The position numbers were made by a program, and so were the translations under genes. From Myxococcales bacterium (GTDB taxonomy: Bacteria; Myxococcota_A; UBA9042; JABWCM01; BTVJ01), in the NCBI GenBank assembly GCA_045863395.1, contig BTVJ01000004.1, positions 1 to 64,000 on the forward strand: a stretch of DNA of 64,000 nt, in the 5' to 3' direction. The notes under the pieces are model-generated. The model saw nothing but the letters and a program-made list of their open reading frames with translations. It was not told the origin of the DNA and ran no database searches. Positions 45,301 through 62,367 of this stretch are shown piece by piece (positions within the stretch are counted from its first letter, which is position 1; each line of letters starts with the position of its first letter).

Positions 45301-47235
45301 TTCGGGTGGACCGCGAGCCCGACCGCGGTCTCCGTGCGCGCGGTGACGCCCCCGGCGCCAGGCAACGCCGCCTTCGTGCCCCTGCCGCGGGTGTACCTGA
45401 ACCCGGTGAGCGGCGGCGAGGCGACACCCATCCAGGCCGTGGCCCTCGTGGACGCCGGCCGCCTGACGGCGTTGGTGCCCGACGGCCTGACGCCCGGGGA
45501 CTACGACCTCATCGCCGTCAACCCCACCGGGGAGGTCGGCGTCCTGGAGGGGGGCTTCCGCGTGACGGCCGCGCCACCACCCCTGGTGGACGTGGTGGCG
45601 CCAGGCTCCATCCCCACCGGCTCGCCTGCCTCGATTCGGGTGCGCGGATCGTTCTTCTCTGCCCCCGCTGTGACGGCGACCTGCCTGGAGCCCGGTGGAG
45701 TCCTCGCAGGGTACGCCGCAACGTTGGCCACGGTGTCGCCCACGCTCATCGAGGCGACCCTGCCCGGCGCCCAGATGACCCAGGGGTCCGTGTGCGTGAT
45801 CCGTGTGACCAACGGCGACGGGAGCTTCGCCGACTGGTCCGCCGTCGCCGTGACCAACCCGGCCGAGAACATCGGAGACTCGGTGGCGGGGCCGCCGATG
45901 AGTACGGCCCGCCGCGCCCCGGGGCTGGTCATCGGGCGCGCGACCCGCGCGTCCGCCTTCGTGTACGCCATCGGGGGCGACGGTGGGAGCGAGGCCCTCG
46001 CCACCATCGAAGCCGCGCCGCTCGACGAGTTCGGCGTCCTCGGCGCGTTCTCGACGCTCGACCCGCTGCCAGCCCCGAGGACGCTGGCGGGCGCCGCCAC
46101 CGTGGGGCGCTTCCTCTACGTGGTCGGTGGAGACGAAGGGGGCGGCGCAGTGGCCTCGGTGCTGCGCGCCGAGGTGCTGCGGCCCGAGGACGCGCCGCGC
46201 GTGACGGACGTAGCCATCGCCTTGTCGCCGGACGGCCTCGGGCCGGGCCTCTGGTACTACCGCGTGGCGGCCGTCATGGGGGCCGGCGACGCGGACAACC
46301 CGGGCGGCGAGACCCTGCCGTCGGATCCGCTGCCCATCCAGGTGCCCCCCGGCCTGCCGCTGACGCTGCGCCCGACGCTCACGTGGAGCGCCGTCCCTGG
46401 CGCCGCGAGCTACCGGGTCTACCGCAGCGCCGCTCCCGGTGCCTCGGCCAGCGCGCTGGGGCTCCTGGCCGAGACGGGGAGCACGGGCCTGACGGATCCT
46501 GGCGGCCCGACGACCCCCGCCACCATGCGAGCCGTGGGAGACCTCGGGGTCTGGCACTCCGCGCCCTCGCTCCAGACGGCGCGGTCCTCCCACGGGGTCG
46601 CCGTCGCCCGCGACCCGGCCGACGCAGCGACGCTCCACATCTACGCGGTGGGCGGGCTCGGGCCGTCCGGGGCGCTGGCATCGGTCGAGCGCCTGACTGT
46701 AACCATGGACGCGGACGGCGGGCAGACGATGGGCGCATGGGTCCCCAGCCCGTCCCTGACTGCGGCCCGCTCCGCCCTGGCCGCGGCGACCGTGGACGAG
46801 TCGGCCACGGTGCGCGTTACGGAAGAAGAATCATGGATTTACGCGGGAAGTGGCGAGGACGGGGGGGTGGTCTCCACCCTGGAGTCGGCGCAGGTGCTCC
46901 CCGGGGGCGCGCTCACCTCGTGGTCCTCGGCGCTCAAGGGCGGCTCCGGTCCCAAGCGAACCGGTTACGCGCTGATGGCCGCATCCAATCAGGTCTTCCT
47001 CTTCGGCGGGGCGGGCGGGGCCCCTTCCGGTAACAGCGAGTCGGGGCAGCTCTGCGGACCGGGCTACTCCAAGTGCACCGAGTCCGGTACGCTGAGCAAC
47101 CTGAACGCGACGGGCGCATCCATGGCCGTCGCGCGCCGCCTGTTCGGCTCCACGCTGGGGAGCGGGCGGTTCTTCTTCGCTGGCGGCCAGACTCCGGGAG
47201 GGGTGACCGCCGCGGTCGAGAGCACGATCTGGTAG
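42319..47235 (+). CDS. Lipoprotein with Myxococcus Cys-rich repeats, Ig-like (IPT/TIG) domains and Kelch-like C-terminus
   Basis: Lipobox LGAC; CGDG...CDDGN repeats; VLGSGFVAG...[40 protein letters not shown] start uncertain. Confidence 0.85.
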   Translation: MCHRAPARRRHCDRTRLLWALAALLLGACGDDPVCGNGAVEAGEQCDEPGEGCVACRLARCGDGVQQPGEECDDGNPVDHDGCRNDCRLPRCGDGVLQGDEECDDGNTDPTDACTATCTVARCGDGVVRAGLEECDDDSDACVACAAARCGDGVRQGAEECDDGNASPWDACTPDCVAARCGDGFVQPGEECDDGNGDETDGCRSCQRARCGDGAVHAGVEACDGGDRCGPSCALLTCGDGVVDPGEECDDGDADPTDACLPTCLLARCGDGYRGPGEECDDGNADDRDACTGCAVARCGDGVVGPGEACDAPAGCTSACALPTCGDGIVQGGEECDDGNGSPHDACLPTCLLARCGDGFVQPGEECDDGNGAPHDACTPACTKARCGDGWVRAGVEACDPGGDDDTCTGCALPTCGDGVTQGAEQCDDGNADPTDGCLPTCVLPSCGDGFVQAEECDDGNADDHDACVACVKARCGDGIVFAGVEACDDGNDEDGDGCSACVPTGCGDGLVQPDEACDDGDLDPTDGCLPTCVLARCGDGFTWAGVEACDDGNADSMDGCTTDCALPSCGDGVTQEGEACDDGNGSNTDACTAVCLLPACGDGFVQAGEECDDGNANPADACVGCKKARCGDGHLQVGVEGCDDGNDSDEDGCVGCALAHCGDGHTWSGVEACDDGNLEPTDGCLPSCAAFDFCEGTAVTAVLPPVICAGHEPPEAVLSASGRGFLRVGGVGPAVTLDGAAAPFTLEGCAPIHGVFVAAEGCTTLRLTLPGTLPVGDHPIEVTHPTAAPCPLAAVLSVGEPPIVSAVEPPRVCEGPGIVAVLGSGFVAGSQVAVEAHASTSDTLSPSELLVSLGALTPGTWDVTVSNGPDCEDTLPGALEVLPNPIVFFVDPPVVYNGIDLQATIYVSGINDGAVSAVQIRPTGTTQPWLPLDFAPGGALTVRATIPADLVPPGESQTWDVLVTDAAGCKGTLAGSLVLTQRLTLELASVTPPFGWTASPTAVSVRAVTPPAPGNAAFVPLPRVYLNPVSGGEATPIQAVALVDAGRLTALVPDGLTPGDYDLIAVNPTGEVGVLEGGFRVTAAPPPLVDVVAPGSIPTGSPASIRVRGSFFSAPAVTATCLEPGGVLAGYAATLATVSPTLIEATLPGAQMTQGSVCVIRVTNGDGSFADWSAVAVTNPAENIGDSVAGPPMSTARRAPGLVIGRATRASAFVYAIGGDGGSEALATIEAAPLDEFGVLGAFSTLDPLPAPRTLAGAATVGRFLYVVGGDEGGGAVASVLRAEVLRPEDAPRVTDVAIALSPDGLGPGLWYYRVAAVMGAGDADNPGGETLPSDPLPIQVPPGLPLTLRPTLTWSAVPGAASYRVYRSAAPGASASALGLLAETGSTGLTDPGGPTTPATMRAVGDLGVWHSAPSLQTARSSHGVAVARDPADAATLHIYAVGGLGPSGALASVERLTVTMDADGGQTMGAWVPSPSLTAARSALAAATVDESATVRVTEEESWIYAGSGEDGGVVSTLESAQVLPGGALTSWSSALKGGSGPKRTGYALMAASNQVFLFGGAGGAPSGNSESGQLCGPGYSKCTESGTLSNLNATGASMAVARRLFGSTLGSGRFFFAGGQTPGGVTAAVESTIW

Positions 47236-47258
47236 TTCAGGTCCACCCCGAGGTCACC

Positions 47259-54236
<6,978 letters not shown>

Positions 54237-54368
54237 GGGACGGCGCGCGCTGGGGCGGTCCCCCCTCCGCACCACGGCTCCAGCTCGGCGGCGTTCGGAC
54301 TTGCGAGGCCCCCCCCGGGCGTGGTAGGGCGTGGCCCATCGACGGCGCGGCGCGCCAGGGAGGACCCG

Positions 54369-56123
54369 ATGCGGTGGATGGGTGTGTGGTGCTTCGTAGC
54401 GCTCCTGGCGTGCGAGACCGACAAGGGCGTGGGGGGCGGCTTTGACGGGAGCGAGACCCCCGGGGAGGACGGCAGCCCCGGCGCGAAGGACGACGTGGCC
54501 GAGGGTCTGGACATGCACGGGGGAGGCGACTCCCAGGGCGAGGGCGACTCAGGCGTGTCGCCGGACGTCGGGAGTCCCGGGGACGCGGTGGCAGACGCGG
54601 GTGGGCTCGACAGCGGCGGCGCCGACGCAGTGAGTGACGGAGGGGCCACGGACGCGGGCGCTCCGAGTGACTCCGGGGCGGGAGGCGGGGGTGACCCGGA
54701 CACGGGGGCGCAAGACGCGATCAGCGACGCGGGCGGCCCGCAGGACGCCGGACCCATCGACGCGGGCGGCCCGCAGGACGCCGGCCCCACGGACGCGGGA
54801 GGGCCGCAGGACGCGGGACCCTTCGACGCGGGGGGCCCGGTGGATGCAGGTCCGGCAGACACCGGACCACCACCCGCCGATCCCTGGGGCCTGCGCATCA
54901 CCGAGATCATGTACGACCCCGCGGCGGTCAACGACGACGGCGGCGAGTGGTTCGAGGTGCTCAACACGGGCACGAAGGCCGTGGACCTGGTCGGCGTGAC
55001 CATCGGCGACAACGCGACCAAGCACCTGGTTGCAGCACCGTCACCCCTCATGGTGGCGCCGGGAGCCCACGTCGTCATCGGGCGCTCCGCGGACCCTGCG
55101 AAGAACGGGGGCATCAGCCCCCTCTACGTGCAGACGGCGTTCAGCCTGACCAACACGGCGGACAGCGTGGTGCTCTCCTACGGAGGCGTCGAGATCGACC
55201 GCGTGGACTACGACGAGGCGGCCGGGTGGCCCAACGCCGCGGGCTTCAGCGTCCAGCTCGACCCGGACAAGGCGGACACCTGGTGCGGGAGCACCAAGCC
55301 CTTCGGCGCGGGCGATCTCGGGACACCGGGCGCGAAGAACCACGCCTGCGGAGCGCCGCCCGTCACGGGCGACCCCTTCAAGCTCGTCATCACGGAGATC
55401 ATGTACGACCCGGCGGCGGTGGGCGACACCGCCGGCGAGTGGGTGGAGCTCACGAACACGGGCGCGAAGGAGGTGGACCTCCGAGGGCTCACGTTCTCCG
55501 ACGCGGGAGCCTCGGCGCTCATCGACGCCCCGTCGCCGCTGCTGGTGCCGGCAGGCGGCCGCGCCCTGCTCGGCCGCAGCAAGGACCCGGCGGTCAACGG
55601 CGGCGTCACGGTGCTCTGGACCTTCGGCTTCAGCCTCAACAACGACAAGGACAGCGTGGTGCTGGCCAAGGACGGCGTAGAGATCGACCGGGTGGACTAC
55701 GACGAGGGCGCGGGCTGGCCGGCCGCGGTCGGCGCCTCGCTCCAGCTCGACGCCGCGCTGGACCCCGCCACCGCCAACAACGCGCTCCCGGCCGCCTGGT
55801 GCCTCTCGACCGCGGCGGCTCCGTCGGGGGATCTGGGGACGCCGGGCGCCGCCAACACGGCGTGCGGCGCTCCGGGCGGGCCCTGCGTGGGCCACTGCGA
55901 CGGCGAGGTGGCCGCCCTCGGCTGCTGGTGCGACGCCGCGTGCGTCTCGAGCGGCGACTGCTGCGCGGACGCCTGCGAGACCTGCGGGTACTGCGGAGGC
56001 ACCGGCGCTTGCACCGGTTCCTGCGGCGGGCAGTCCCCGCAGGGGTGCTGGTGCGATTCCTTCTGCGTGGCGAATGGAGACTGCTGCGCCGACGCCTGCG
56101 CCACGTGCGGGGTCTGCCCGTAG
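54369..56123 (+). CDS. Lipoprotein with two lamin-tail domains and two somatomedin-B-like modules
   Basis: Lipobox LLAC; ITEIMYDP...GEW(F/V)E..N twice, each ending GTPGAxN; CWCDxxCVxxGDCCAD twice. Confidence 0.85.
   Translation: MRWMGVWCFVALLACETDKGVGGGFDGSETPGEDGSPGAKDDVAEGLDMHGGGDSQGEGDSGVSPDVGSPGDAVADAGGLDSGGADAVSDGGATDAGAPSDSGAGGGGDPDTGAQDAISDAGGPQDAGPIDAGGPQDAGPTDAGGPQDAGPFDAGGPVDAGPADTGPPPADPWGLRITEIMYDPAAVNDDGGEWFEVLNTGTKAVDLVGVTIGDNATKHLVAAPSPLMVAPGAHVVIGRSADPAKNGGISPLYVQTAFSLTNTADSVVLSYGGVEIDRVDYDEAAGWPNAAGFSVQLDPDKADTWCGSTKPFGAGDLGTPGAKNHACGAPPVTGDPFKLVITEIMYDPAAVGDTAGEWVELTNTGAKEVDLRGLTFSDAGASALIDAPSPLLVPAGGRALLGRSKDPAVNGGVTVLWTFGFSLNNDKDSVVLAKDGVEIDRVDYDEGAGWPAAVGASLQLDAALDPATANNALPAAWCLSTAAAPSGDLGTPGAANTACGAPGGPCVGHCDGEVAALGCWCDAACVSSGDCCADACETCGYCGGTGACTGSCGGQSPQGCWCDSFCVANGDCCADACATCGVCP
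54726..54857 (+). repeat. 33-bp coding tandem repeat (DAGGPQDAGPx, ~4 copies)
   Basis: gacgcgggcggcccgcaggacgccggacccatc and variants at 54726, 54759, 54792, 54825. Confidence 0.8.
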
Positions 56124-56316
56124 CGCGTAGGGCCCGGGAGACTCCCGTCCCCCCCGGCTCCTCGGTGGCCGCGGCCCGGCAGCGGCGCTCCGAGAGCCGC
56201 GGACGCCTCTGCTCCCCGGCGGCGCTCGTCACCTCAGCGTCACACTGGCGCTCCCGACACGTCGCTTGCCCTCGCCCGCCCGATGGGGATGATCCACGAG
56301 AACCCCGGAGGCGCGC

Positions 56317-57630
56317 GTGTCCAAGCCCACCCACCCCGTCACGGCGCGCCTCGCCGCCACGAGCCCTGCCCTGTTCGCCGCCTGGGCGGTGCTCGCGGCC
56401 TTCTCCACCTACTTCTGCATGTACGCCTTCCGCAAGCCCTTCGCGGTCGGCACCTTTGCGGGGACCGTGGACCTGCCGCTGCTGCCGCCCATGGACTACA
56501 AGGTGGCGCTGATCATCGCGCAGGTGCTCGGGTACTGCATCTCCAAGTTCATCGGCATCAAGGTGGTCTCCGAGATGTCGCCGGGCCGCCGCGCCGCCGC
56601 CGTCCTGGTGGTCATCGGGGTCGCTTGGGCAGCCCTCCTGCTCTTCGCGATCACGCCGGCTCCCTGGAGCGTCGTGTTCCTCTTCCTCAACGGCATCCCC
56701 CTCGGCATGGTGTGGGGCCTGGTGTTCGGCTTCCTGGAGGGGCGCCGCGTCAGCGACGTGCTGGGCGCCGGGCTCTCCGCCAGCTACATCGTCGCGTCGG
56801 GGGCCGTGAAGTCCGTGGGCAAGCTGCTGCTGGACGCGGGCGTCCCCGAGGCGTGGATGCCCTTCTGCGTGGGCGCCGTCTTCGCGCTGCCCATGGCCGG
56901 CTTCGTCTGGATGCTCGCGCGGCTCCCCCCGCCGAGCCCCGAGGACGAGGCCCGGCGCTGCGTCCGCGCCCCCATGGACGGCCAAGCCCGCAAGTCCTTC
57001 CTGCTGCGGTTCGCCCCGTCGGTCCTGCCCCTGACCCTGCTCTACGTGCTGCTGACCGCCTACCGCGACTTCCGAGACAACTTCTCCCGCGAGCTCTACG
57101 ACGCGCTCGGCGCCGGCAGCAGCGCCGGCATCTTCGCCGTGGCCGAGATCCCCATCGCGCTGGGCGTGCTCGTCGTCCTGGCGCTGCTCACCCTGGTCCA
57201 GGACAACCGCAAGGCGGTGCTGGTCGTACACGCGGTCATGGGGGCAGGGACGGCCCTCATCGGCGTGGCGACGCTCCTCTGGTCCGCGGGCATCCTCGGC
57301 TCCGTCCCGTGGATGATCGCCGTGGGCCTCGGGCTCTACATCGCCTACGTCCCCTACGGCTGCGTCCTCTTCGACCGCCTGCTGGCCGCCGTCGGCTCCG
57401 TGGGAACCGCCGCGTTCCTCATCTACCTCACCGACGCCTTCGGCTACCTGGGCAGCGTGCTGCTCCTGCTGGTCAAGACCTTCTGGAGCCCGGACCTGTC
57501 CTGGCTCGACTTCTTCGTCGCCTTCAGCCACGTCACCGCCGTCGCGTGTACGGCGCTGTTCGCCGTGTCCTTCGTATGGCTGGCGACGTGGGGGCGGCGA
57601 GAGCGCACGGCGGGAGCGGCCCAGGCGTAG
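56317..57630 (+). CDS. DUF5690-like multi-pass membrane protein (MFS-like)
   Basis: YFCMYAFRKPF, QVLGYCISKFIGIKVVSE, FLEGRR, RDFRDNF, FLIYLTDAFGYLGS; about 12 hydrophobic segments. Confidence 0.8.
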   Translation: MSKPTHPVTARLAATSPALFAAWAVLAAFSTYFCMYAFRKPFAVGTFAGTVDLPLLPPMDYKVALIIAQVLGYCISKFIGIKVVSEMSPGRRAAAVLVVIGVAWAALLLFAITPAPWSVVFLFLNGIPLGMVWGLVFGFLEGRRVSDVLGAGLSASYIVASGAVKSVGKLLLDAGVPEAWMPFCVGAVFALPMAGFVWMLARLPPPSPEDEARRCVRAPMDGQARKSFLLRFAPSVLPLTLLYVLLTAYRDFRDNFSRELYDALGAGSSAGIFAVAEIPIALGVLVVLALLTLVQDNRKAVLVVHAVMGAGTALIGVATLLWSAGILGSVPWMIAVGLGLYIAYVPYGCVLFDRLLAAVGSVGTAAFLIYLTDAFGYLGSVLLLLVKTFWSPDLSWLDFFVAFSHVTAVACTALFAVSFVWLATWGRRERTAGAAQA

Positions 57631-57642
57631 CGGATCGCGGTG

Positions 57643-57744
57643 TCAGTCCTTGTAGGGGTCGTAGCTCCCCACGGGGAAGTAGCACCAACGGAGGGAGAGC
57701 CCGCTGTCGTCGATCACGACCCGAGGATCCTCGTACCGTGTCAT
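57643..57744 (-). pseudogene. 33-aa ORF, probably a truncated small gene
   Basis: GGAGG RBS; MTRYEDPRVVIDDSGLSLRWCYFPVGSYDPYKD*. Confidence 0.45.
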
Positions 57745-57813
57745 GGCCGTTCAACCTCCGGGTCCCGGCCGTCCTTTGACGAAGGCGTGCGTCGAGGCTG
57801 GGCTGGGGCGCGC

Positions 57814-58221
57814 CTATCGGGCGCGCATCCGGTTGCCCTTGGGGTTGTGCTCCAGCTCGACCAGGCCCAGCGCCTCCATCAGCGGGGGCACGTAGACGCC
57901 GAAGCGGCCCCGAAGCCCCTTCTTCAGCCCGTACCAGCCACCGATGGGGTTGTCGGGCGACCGACCCCATGCCTCCACGGTGCCCTCCTTCGCGGGCTTC
58001 TGCTCGTCCGCCCCCCCGAGCTCCATCCAGTCCCCGTGGGCCCTCAGCATGGCGTGCAGGTCGTCGATGCAGCGCGCGTCATAGTGCAGCACGGTCTTGC
58101 CGACGGTGCAGACCAGGACCGTCGTCCCGTCCTTGTCGGCGACGTGCATGGTGTAGTCCGACGTGCCCGGCGGCGTCTTCAGCGCCCAGGGGTCGTCCTT
58201 CGTGCGGTCCAGCGTGGCCAT
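57814..58221 (-). CDS. Conserved hypothetical protein (DUF6855-like)
   Basis: AAGGAG RBS; PWALKTPPGTS, GGADEQKPAKEGTVEAWGRS, GGWYGLKKGLRGRFG. Confidence 0.8.
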   Translation of the reverse strand: MATLDRTKDDPWALKTPPGTSDYTMHVADKDGTTVLVCTVGKTVLHYDARCIDDLHAMLRAHGDWMELGGADEQKPAKEGTVEAWGRSPDNPIGGWYGLKKGLRGRFGVYVPPLMEALGLVELEHNPKGNRMRAR

Positions 58222-58457
58222 GGGTCTCCTTGGGCGGGCCGCAGCCCGCGTGCGGTGGTATCGAGGAATGAGCGGCGAGCATGCCACAGCCGGCGCGGCC
58301 GGGCCAGATGCGTTGCGCGCACAGTCGCCTTCGGAGGCCCACGTGGCCCGCATCACCGTGCGGCGACCGCGACGGCGACCAGACCCGGAAGGCCCTGCCC
58401 GGCACACCGTAGTGGACGCCTGGGCAGAGCCCGGGGGCTGATGGTTTCGGGGGAGGA

Positions 58458-58492
58458 GACTGCTTGAGTAGCAAGTCGGCACAACCTACCAT
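58458..58492 (+). promoter_or_regulatory. Putative promoter/operator of the TA operon (leaderless)
   Basis: TTGAGT-17 nt-TACCAT ending 6 nt before ATG 58499; imperfect palindrome gactgct...agcaagtc across the -35. Confidence 0.55.
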
Positions 58493-58498
58493 GCGCTC

Positions 58499-58741
58499 AT
58501 GGACGCGCTCACGGTCAGCAGCAAGGGACAGATCACGGTGCCCAAGCACCTGCGGGAGCTGCTGAAGCTCTACCCGGGCGCCCGACTCCAGGCCACCGTC
58601 GACCCGGACGGGCGCCTCGTCCTCACGCCGGCGCTGCACACGGCCGAGGCGCTGTTCGGGACACGGCCCCGCATCGAGCGCTCCTTGACGGTCGAGCAGT
58701 TGGACGAGGTGATCCGCGCCCACCATGGAGACCGCGGGTGA
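58499..58741 (+). CDS. AbrB/MazE/SpoVT-family antitoxin
   Basis: LTVSSKGQITVPKHLRELLKLYPG. Confidence 0.9.
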   Translation: MDALTVSSKGQITVPKHLRELLKLYPGARLQATVDPDGRLVLTPALHTAEALFGTRPRIERSLTVEQLDEVIRAHHGDRG

Positions 58742-58938
58742 TCGCGTTCGACACCAACGTCCTCGTGCGCACCCTGCTGGGCGATGACCCCGCCCAGACG
58801 CCCATCGCGGAGCGCCACTTCCTCGACTGCACACGGGGCCGCGGCGTCCTGGTGGGTCATGTCGTCCAGGGAGAGCTGGCGTGGGTCATGGAGCGCGCTC
58901 GGCACAGCGGCGGGCGTGCGGTCCACCCACCTCCGTGA
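58738..58938 (+). pseudogene. vapC: Truncated PIN-domain (VapC) toxin
   Basis: MIAFDTNVLVR...DDPAQ...ELAWVM then divergence and a stop at 66 aa; GTGA overlap with the antitoxin. Confidence 0.8.
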
Positions 58939-59065
58939 CCTGCGCCCTCCCCGGGTGACGCCCCCTTGGGCGCCCTATGGATCCAGCCAGCGCGCCGATT
59001 GACGCCGCGCCACGTCCGGGGTAGACCAACGGCCGGTGGCGCGGAGCCGCCCGCGAGGAGGCCGC

Positions 59066-60085
59066 ATGGAGAGGCGCACCCGGATCATGGCGACCAGCGG
59101 ACCGGCCTCGGGGAGCGCCGATGTCCTGCGGGCCTTGATCGACGCTGGCGTCGACTCCTTCCGGGTCAACGTGGCCGCTGCCGCTCCCGCCGATCACCTG
59201 GGGCGCATCCGGGCCATCCGCGAGGCGGAGCAGGCCGCGGGGCGACGGGTGGAGATCCTCGTCGATCTGGGTGGCCGGAAGGTGCGGCTCGTGGGGGTGC
59301 CGCCCGAGGGGCTGACCCTCACGACGGGCACCGAGCTGCTCCTCGGCGCCGAAGCCCCATGCACCCCGGGCCGCCTCGCCGTGGACGCGCCAGAGCTGCT
59401 CGCCGCCGCCCGCCCTGGCGCGACCATCCTGCTCGCCGACGGGGCCGTCGCCTTGACCGTGCTGCCTGGCAGACTCCACGCCACCGTCACCCGGGGAGGC
59501 ACGCTGCGCCCCAGGGCCGGCGTGGCCATCCCTGGCGCCGATCTGGACCTGCCGGCGCTGTCCGAGGACGACCTGGCGGCGCTGGACGCCCTGGATCTCG
59601 CGCTGGTGGACGAGGTCGCCCTCTCCTACGTGGGGTCGGCGGCGGACGTGGAGTCCCTGCGCGCCGCCCTGCGAGCCCGCGGCGCCGCGTGCCGCGTGGT
59701 GGCCAAGATCGAGCGCGCCCAGGCCCTGCGGGACCTGCCCGCCATCTGCGCCGCCGCCGACGCGGTGCTCGTGGCGCGGGGGGACCTGGGGGTCGAGCTC
59801 GGGCCGTGGGCGGTGCCGGCAGCCCAGAAAGACATCACGGCGGCCGCGAGGGAGGCCGGGCGGCCGGTCATCCTGGCGACGCACATCCTCGAGTCCATGG
59901 TCCGCGGGTCCCACCCCACCCGCGCCGAGGTCAACGACATCGCCAACGCCGTGTGGGAGGGGGTGACCACCCTCTGCGTCACGGCGGAGACCGCCATCGG
60001 GCACGCCCCCGTGGACGTGGTGCGCGCCCTGGACGCCGCCATCCGCGGGGCAGAGGCCCGCGCCACACCAGAGGGGAGACCATGA
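59066..60085 (+). CDS. pyk: Pyruvate-kinase-like protein lacking the C-terminal domain
   Basis: RRTRIMATSGP, DLGGRKVR, AKIE, VARGDLGVE, ATHILESM, PTRAEVNDIANA; only 339 aa. Confidence 0.75.
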   Translation: MERRTRIMATSGPASGSADVLRALIDAGVDSFRVNVAAAAPADHLGRIRAIREAEQAAGRRVEILVDLGGRKVRLVGVPPEGLTLTTGTELLLGAEAPCTPGRLAVDAPELLAAARPGATILLADGAVALTVLPGRLHATVTRGGTLRPRAGVAIPGADLDLPALSEDDLAALDALDLALVDEVALSYVGSAADVESLRAALRARGAACRVVAKIERAQALRDLPAICAAADAVLVARGDLGVELGPWAVPAAQKDITAAAREAGRPVILATHILESMVRGSHPTRAEVNDIANAVWEGVTTLCVTAETAIGHAPVDVVRALDAAIRGAEARATPEGRP

Positions 60086-61635
60086 CGACCCGGGAGCGCA
60101 TCGAGGAGCTGCGGGCGCGGCGCACGGCGGCCTGGCAGGGGGGCGGACCCAAGCGCCTCGAGCGCCAGCACGCCGCGGGCAAGCTGTCGGCGCGGGAGCG
60201 CCTCGGGCTGCTGGTCGACGCGGACACGTTCCAGGAGTCCCACCTCTTCGTGGAGCACCGGTGCCACCACTTCGGCATGGAGACGCAGCACCTGCCAGGA
60301 GACGGCGTCGTGACGGGGGCGGGGCTCGTGGACGGGCGGCCGGTCTACGTGGCGAGCCAGGACTTCACGGTGGCGGGCGGCTCCGTCGGCGAGGGCACGG
60401 CACAGAAGATCGTCGGCGTCATGGCCGACGCCCTCAAGACCGGCGACCCCTTCGTGTTCATCAACGACGGCGGCGGCGCCCGCATCCAGGAGGGGGTCGA
60501 CGCCCTGGCCGGCTACGGGCGCATCTTCCACCACAACATCCTGCTGTCGGGCGTCGTGCCCCAGATCAGCGTCATCGCGGGCCCCTGCGCCGGCGGGGCG
60601 GCCTACTCCCCGGCGCTCACGGACTTCATCATCCAGGTGCGCAACGTCGGGCAGCTCTACGTCACTGGCCCCCGCGTCATCCAGCAGGTGACGGGAGAGA
60701 CGGTCACCGCGGAGCAGCTCGGCGGCGTCGAGAGCCACGCCCACTACTCGGGCGTGGTCCACCTGGTCGCCGAGGACGACGCCCACGCCATGGAGCTGAC
60801 GCGGCGACTCTTGTCCTTCCTGCCGAGCAACAACACGGAGGACCCGCCCCTCGTGCCGTCTCTGCGCGCAGACACCGTGGCGCCCGACGAGACTCTCAAC
60901 GCCGTCGTGCCCGACGACTCGTCGGACCCCTACGATATGCACGCGATCATCGCCGCTGTCGTGGATCGCGCAGACTTCCTGGAGATTCAGCCGGAGTATG
61001 CGGCGAGCATCCTCATCGGCTTCGGTCGCCTGAACGGCCGCACCATCGGGGTCGTGGCCAACCAGCCGTCGGTGCGGGCGGGCGTGCTCGACATCGACTC
61101 CTCCGACAAGGCCGCGCGGTTCATCCGCTTCTGCAACGCCTTCAACATCCCCCTCGTCACCTTCGTGGACGTGCCGGGCTTCCTGCCCGGGGTCCAGCAG
61201 GAGTATGGCGGGATCATCCGCCACGGCGCGAAGATGCTCTTCGCCTACGGCGCCTCGACGGTGCCCAAGCTGACGGTCATCGTGCGGAAGGCCTATGGAG
61301 GGGCGTATCTGGCCATGTGCGGCCGCGACATGGGCGCAGATCGCGTGTGCGCCTGGCCCACCGCGGAGATCGCCGTCATGGGCGCCGAGGGCGCGGCGAA
61401 CATCCTCTATCGCCAGGAGATCGAGGCGGCCGCCGACCCCGTCGAGACGCGGCGAGAGCTGGTCGCCCGCTACCGAGACACCTTCTCGACCCCGTATGTG
61501 GCGGCGGCGCGCGGACTCATCGACGACGTCATCGAGCCGGCGGAGACCCGGGGCTGGCTGATCGCGGCCCTGGAGATCCTCAAGGCCAAGCGTGAGCTGC
61601 GCCCCCAGAAGAAGCACGGCCTGATCCCCCTGTGA
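60082..61635 (+). CDS. mmdA: Acyl-CoA carboxyltransferase, probable methylmalonyl-CoA decarboxylase alpha subunit
   Basis: GKLSARER, QDFTVAGGS, DGGGARIQEG, GPCAGGAAYSPALTD, DVPGFLPG, KKHGLIPL; operon context. Confidence 0.85.
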   Translation: MTTRERIEELRARRTAAWQGGGPKRLERQHAAGKLSARERLGLLVDADTFQESHLFVEHRCHHFGMETQHLPGDGVVTGAGLVDGRPVYVASQDFTVAGGSVGEGTAQKIVGVMADALKTGDPFVFINDGGGARIQEGVDALAGYGRIFHHNILLSGVVPQISVIAGPCAGGAAYSPALTDFIIQVRNVGQLYVTGPRVIQQVTGETVTAEQLGGVESHAHYSGVVHLVAEDDAHAMELTRRLLSFLPSNNTEDPPLVPSLRADTVAPDETLNAVVPDDSSDPYDMHAIIAAVVDRADFLEIQPEYAASILIGFGRLNGRTIGVVANQPSVRAGVLDIDSSDKAARFIRFCNAFNIPLVTFVDVPGFLPGVQQEYGGIIRHGAKMLFAYGASTVPKLTVIVRKAYGGAYLAMCGRDMGADRVCAWPTAEIAVMGAEGAANILYRQEIEAAADPVETRRELVARYRDTFSTPYVAAARGLIDDVIEPAETRGWLIAALEILKAKRELRPQKKHGLIPL

Positions 61636-61644
61636 GGACGAGCG

Positions 61645-61968
61645 ATGACCACGAGTGACGCGCTGACCTTCTCGGCCCTTGGGATGCTGATCGTCTTCGC
61701 TGTTCTCGCAGCGCTCGCCGTCTTCATCGGGCTCCTGCGGCGCCTGGACGCCCGCTGGCAGGCGGCGCCCACCGAGCCAACGCAGACCATCGACGACACG
61801 ACCCTCGTGATCATCGCCGCCACCGTCGCCACTCTCCTTGGCGGGAGAGGGCGCGTCCGCAGCATCCGCCGGGTGCTCCCGTCGGACGGGCCGGCCAGCG
61901 TCTGGTCCATGCAGGGGCGCGCCTCCCTCCAGGGCTCCCACGTCATCACCCGCAGAGGCAGAGGATGA
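61645..61968 (+). CDS. mmdD: OadG/MmdD-type membrane anchor subunit
   Basis: LGMLIVFAVL TM, LVIIAATVA, SVWSMQGR. Confidence 0.8.
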   Translation: MTTSDALTFSALGMLIVFAVLAALAVFIGLLRRLDARWQAAPTEPTQTIDDTTLVIIAATVATLLGGRGRVRSIRRVLPSDGPASVWSMQGRASLQGSHVITRRGRG

Positions 61969-62366
61969 AGCTCAGAATCACGGTGCACGGTGTGGCCTAC
62001 GACGTGGACGTGGAGATCCTGGACCCGGGGGAGGGATTCCCCGGCGCGACGGGTGTGACGGGGCCCCTCCCCCACCGTGCGGCTCCAGTCGCGCCCAGTC
62101 CCTCTCCCCAGGCTCCCCAGGCTCCCCAGGCTCCGCAGGCACCCGCTCGCCAGACCGGCGGCGTGGCGTCTCCCATCGCGGGCACGGTCCTCGAGATCCG
62201 CTGCAAGGTGGGCGACGAGGTGCCCGGGGGCCAGGTCGTGGCCGTCCTCGAGGCCATGAAGATGAAGACGAACATCACGGCGCCGGCGGGCGGCAAGGTG
62301 AAGGCCATCCCCGTCGCCGTGGGAGACTCGGTGCGAGAGGGGCAGCTCCTCGTCGAGCTGGGCTGA
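61965..62366 (+). CDS. mmdC: Biotin carrier subunit of Na+-translocating decarboxylase
   Basis: KLRITVHGVAYDVDVE, PQA-repeat linker, LEAMKMKT. Confidence 0.88.
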   Translation: MKLRITVHGVAYDVDVEILDPGEGFPGATGVTGPLPHRAAPVAPSPSPQAPQAPQAPQAPARQTGGVASPIAGTVLEIRCKVGDEVPGGQVVAVLEAMKMKTNITAPAGGKVKAIPVAVGDSVREGQLLVELG

Positions 62367-62367
62367 G

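Noticed and set aside
39902..47235. Single read-through protein from the two Cys-rich genes
   Set aside because: They are in different frames, and the second has its own hydrophobic signal and lipobox.
58966..61635. 889-aa extended carboxyltransferase or a pyk-mmdA fusion
   Set aside because: The N-terminal extension is an off-frame reading of the pyk-like gene; mmdA has its own RBS and ATG at 60082.
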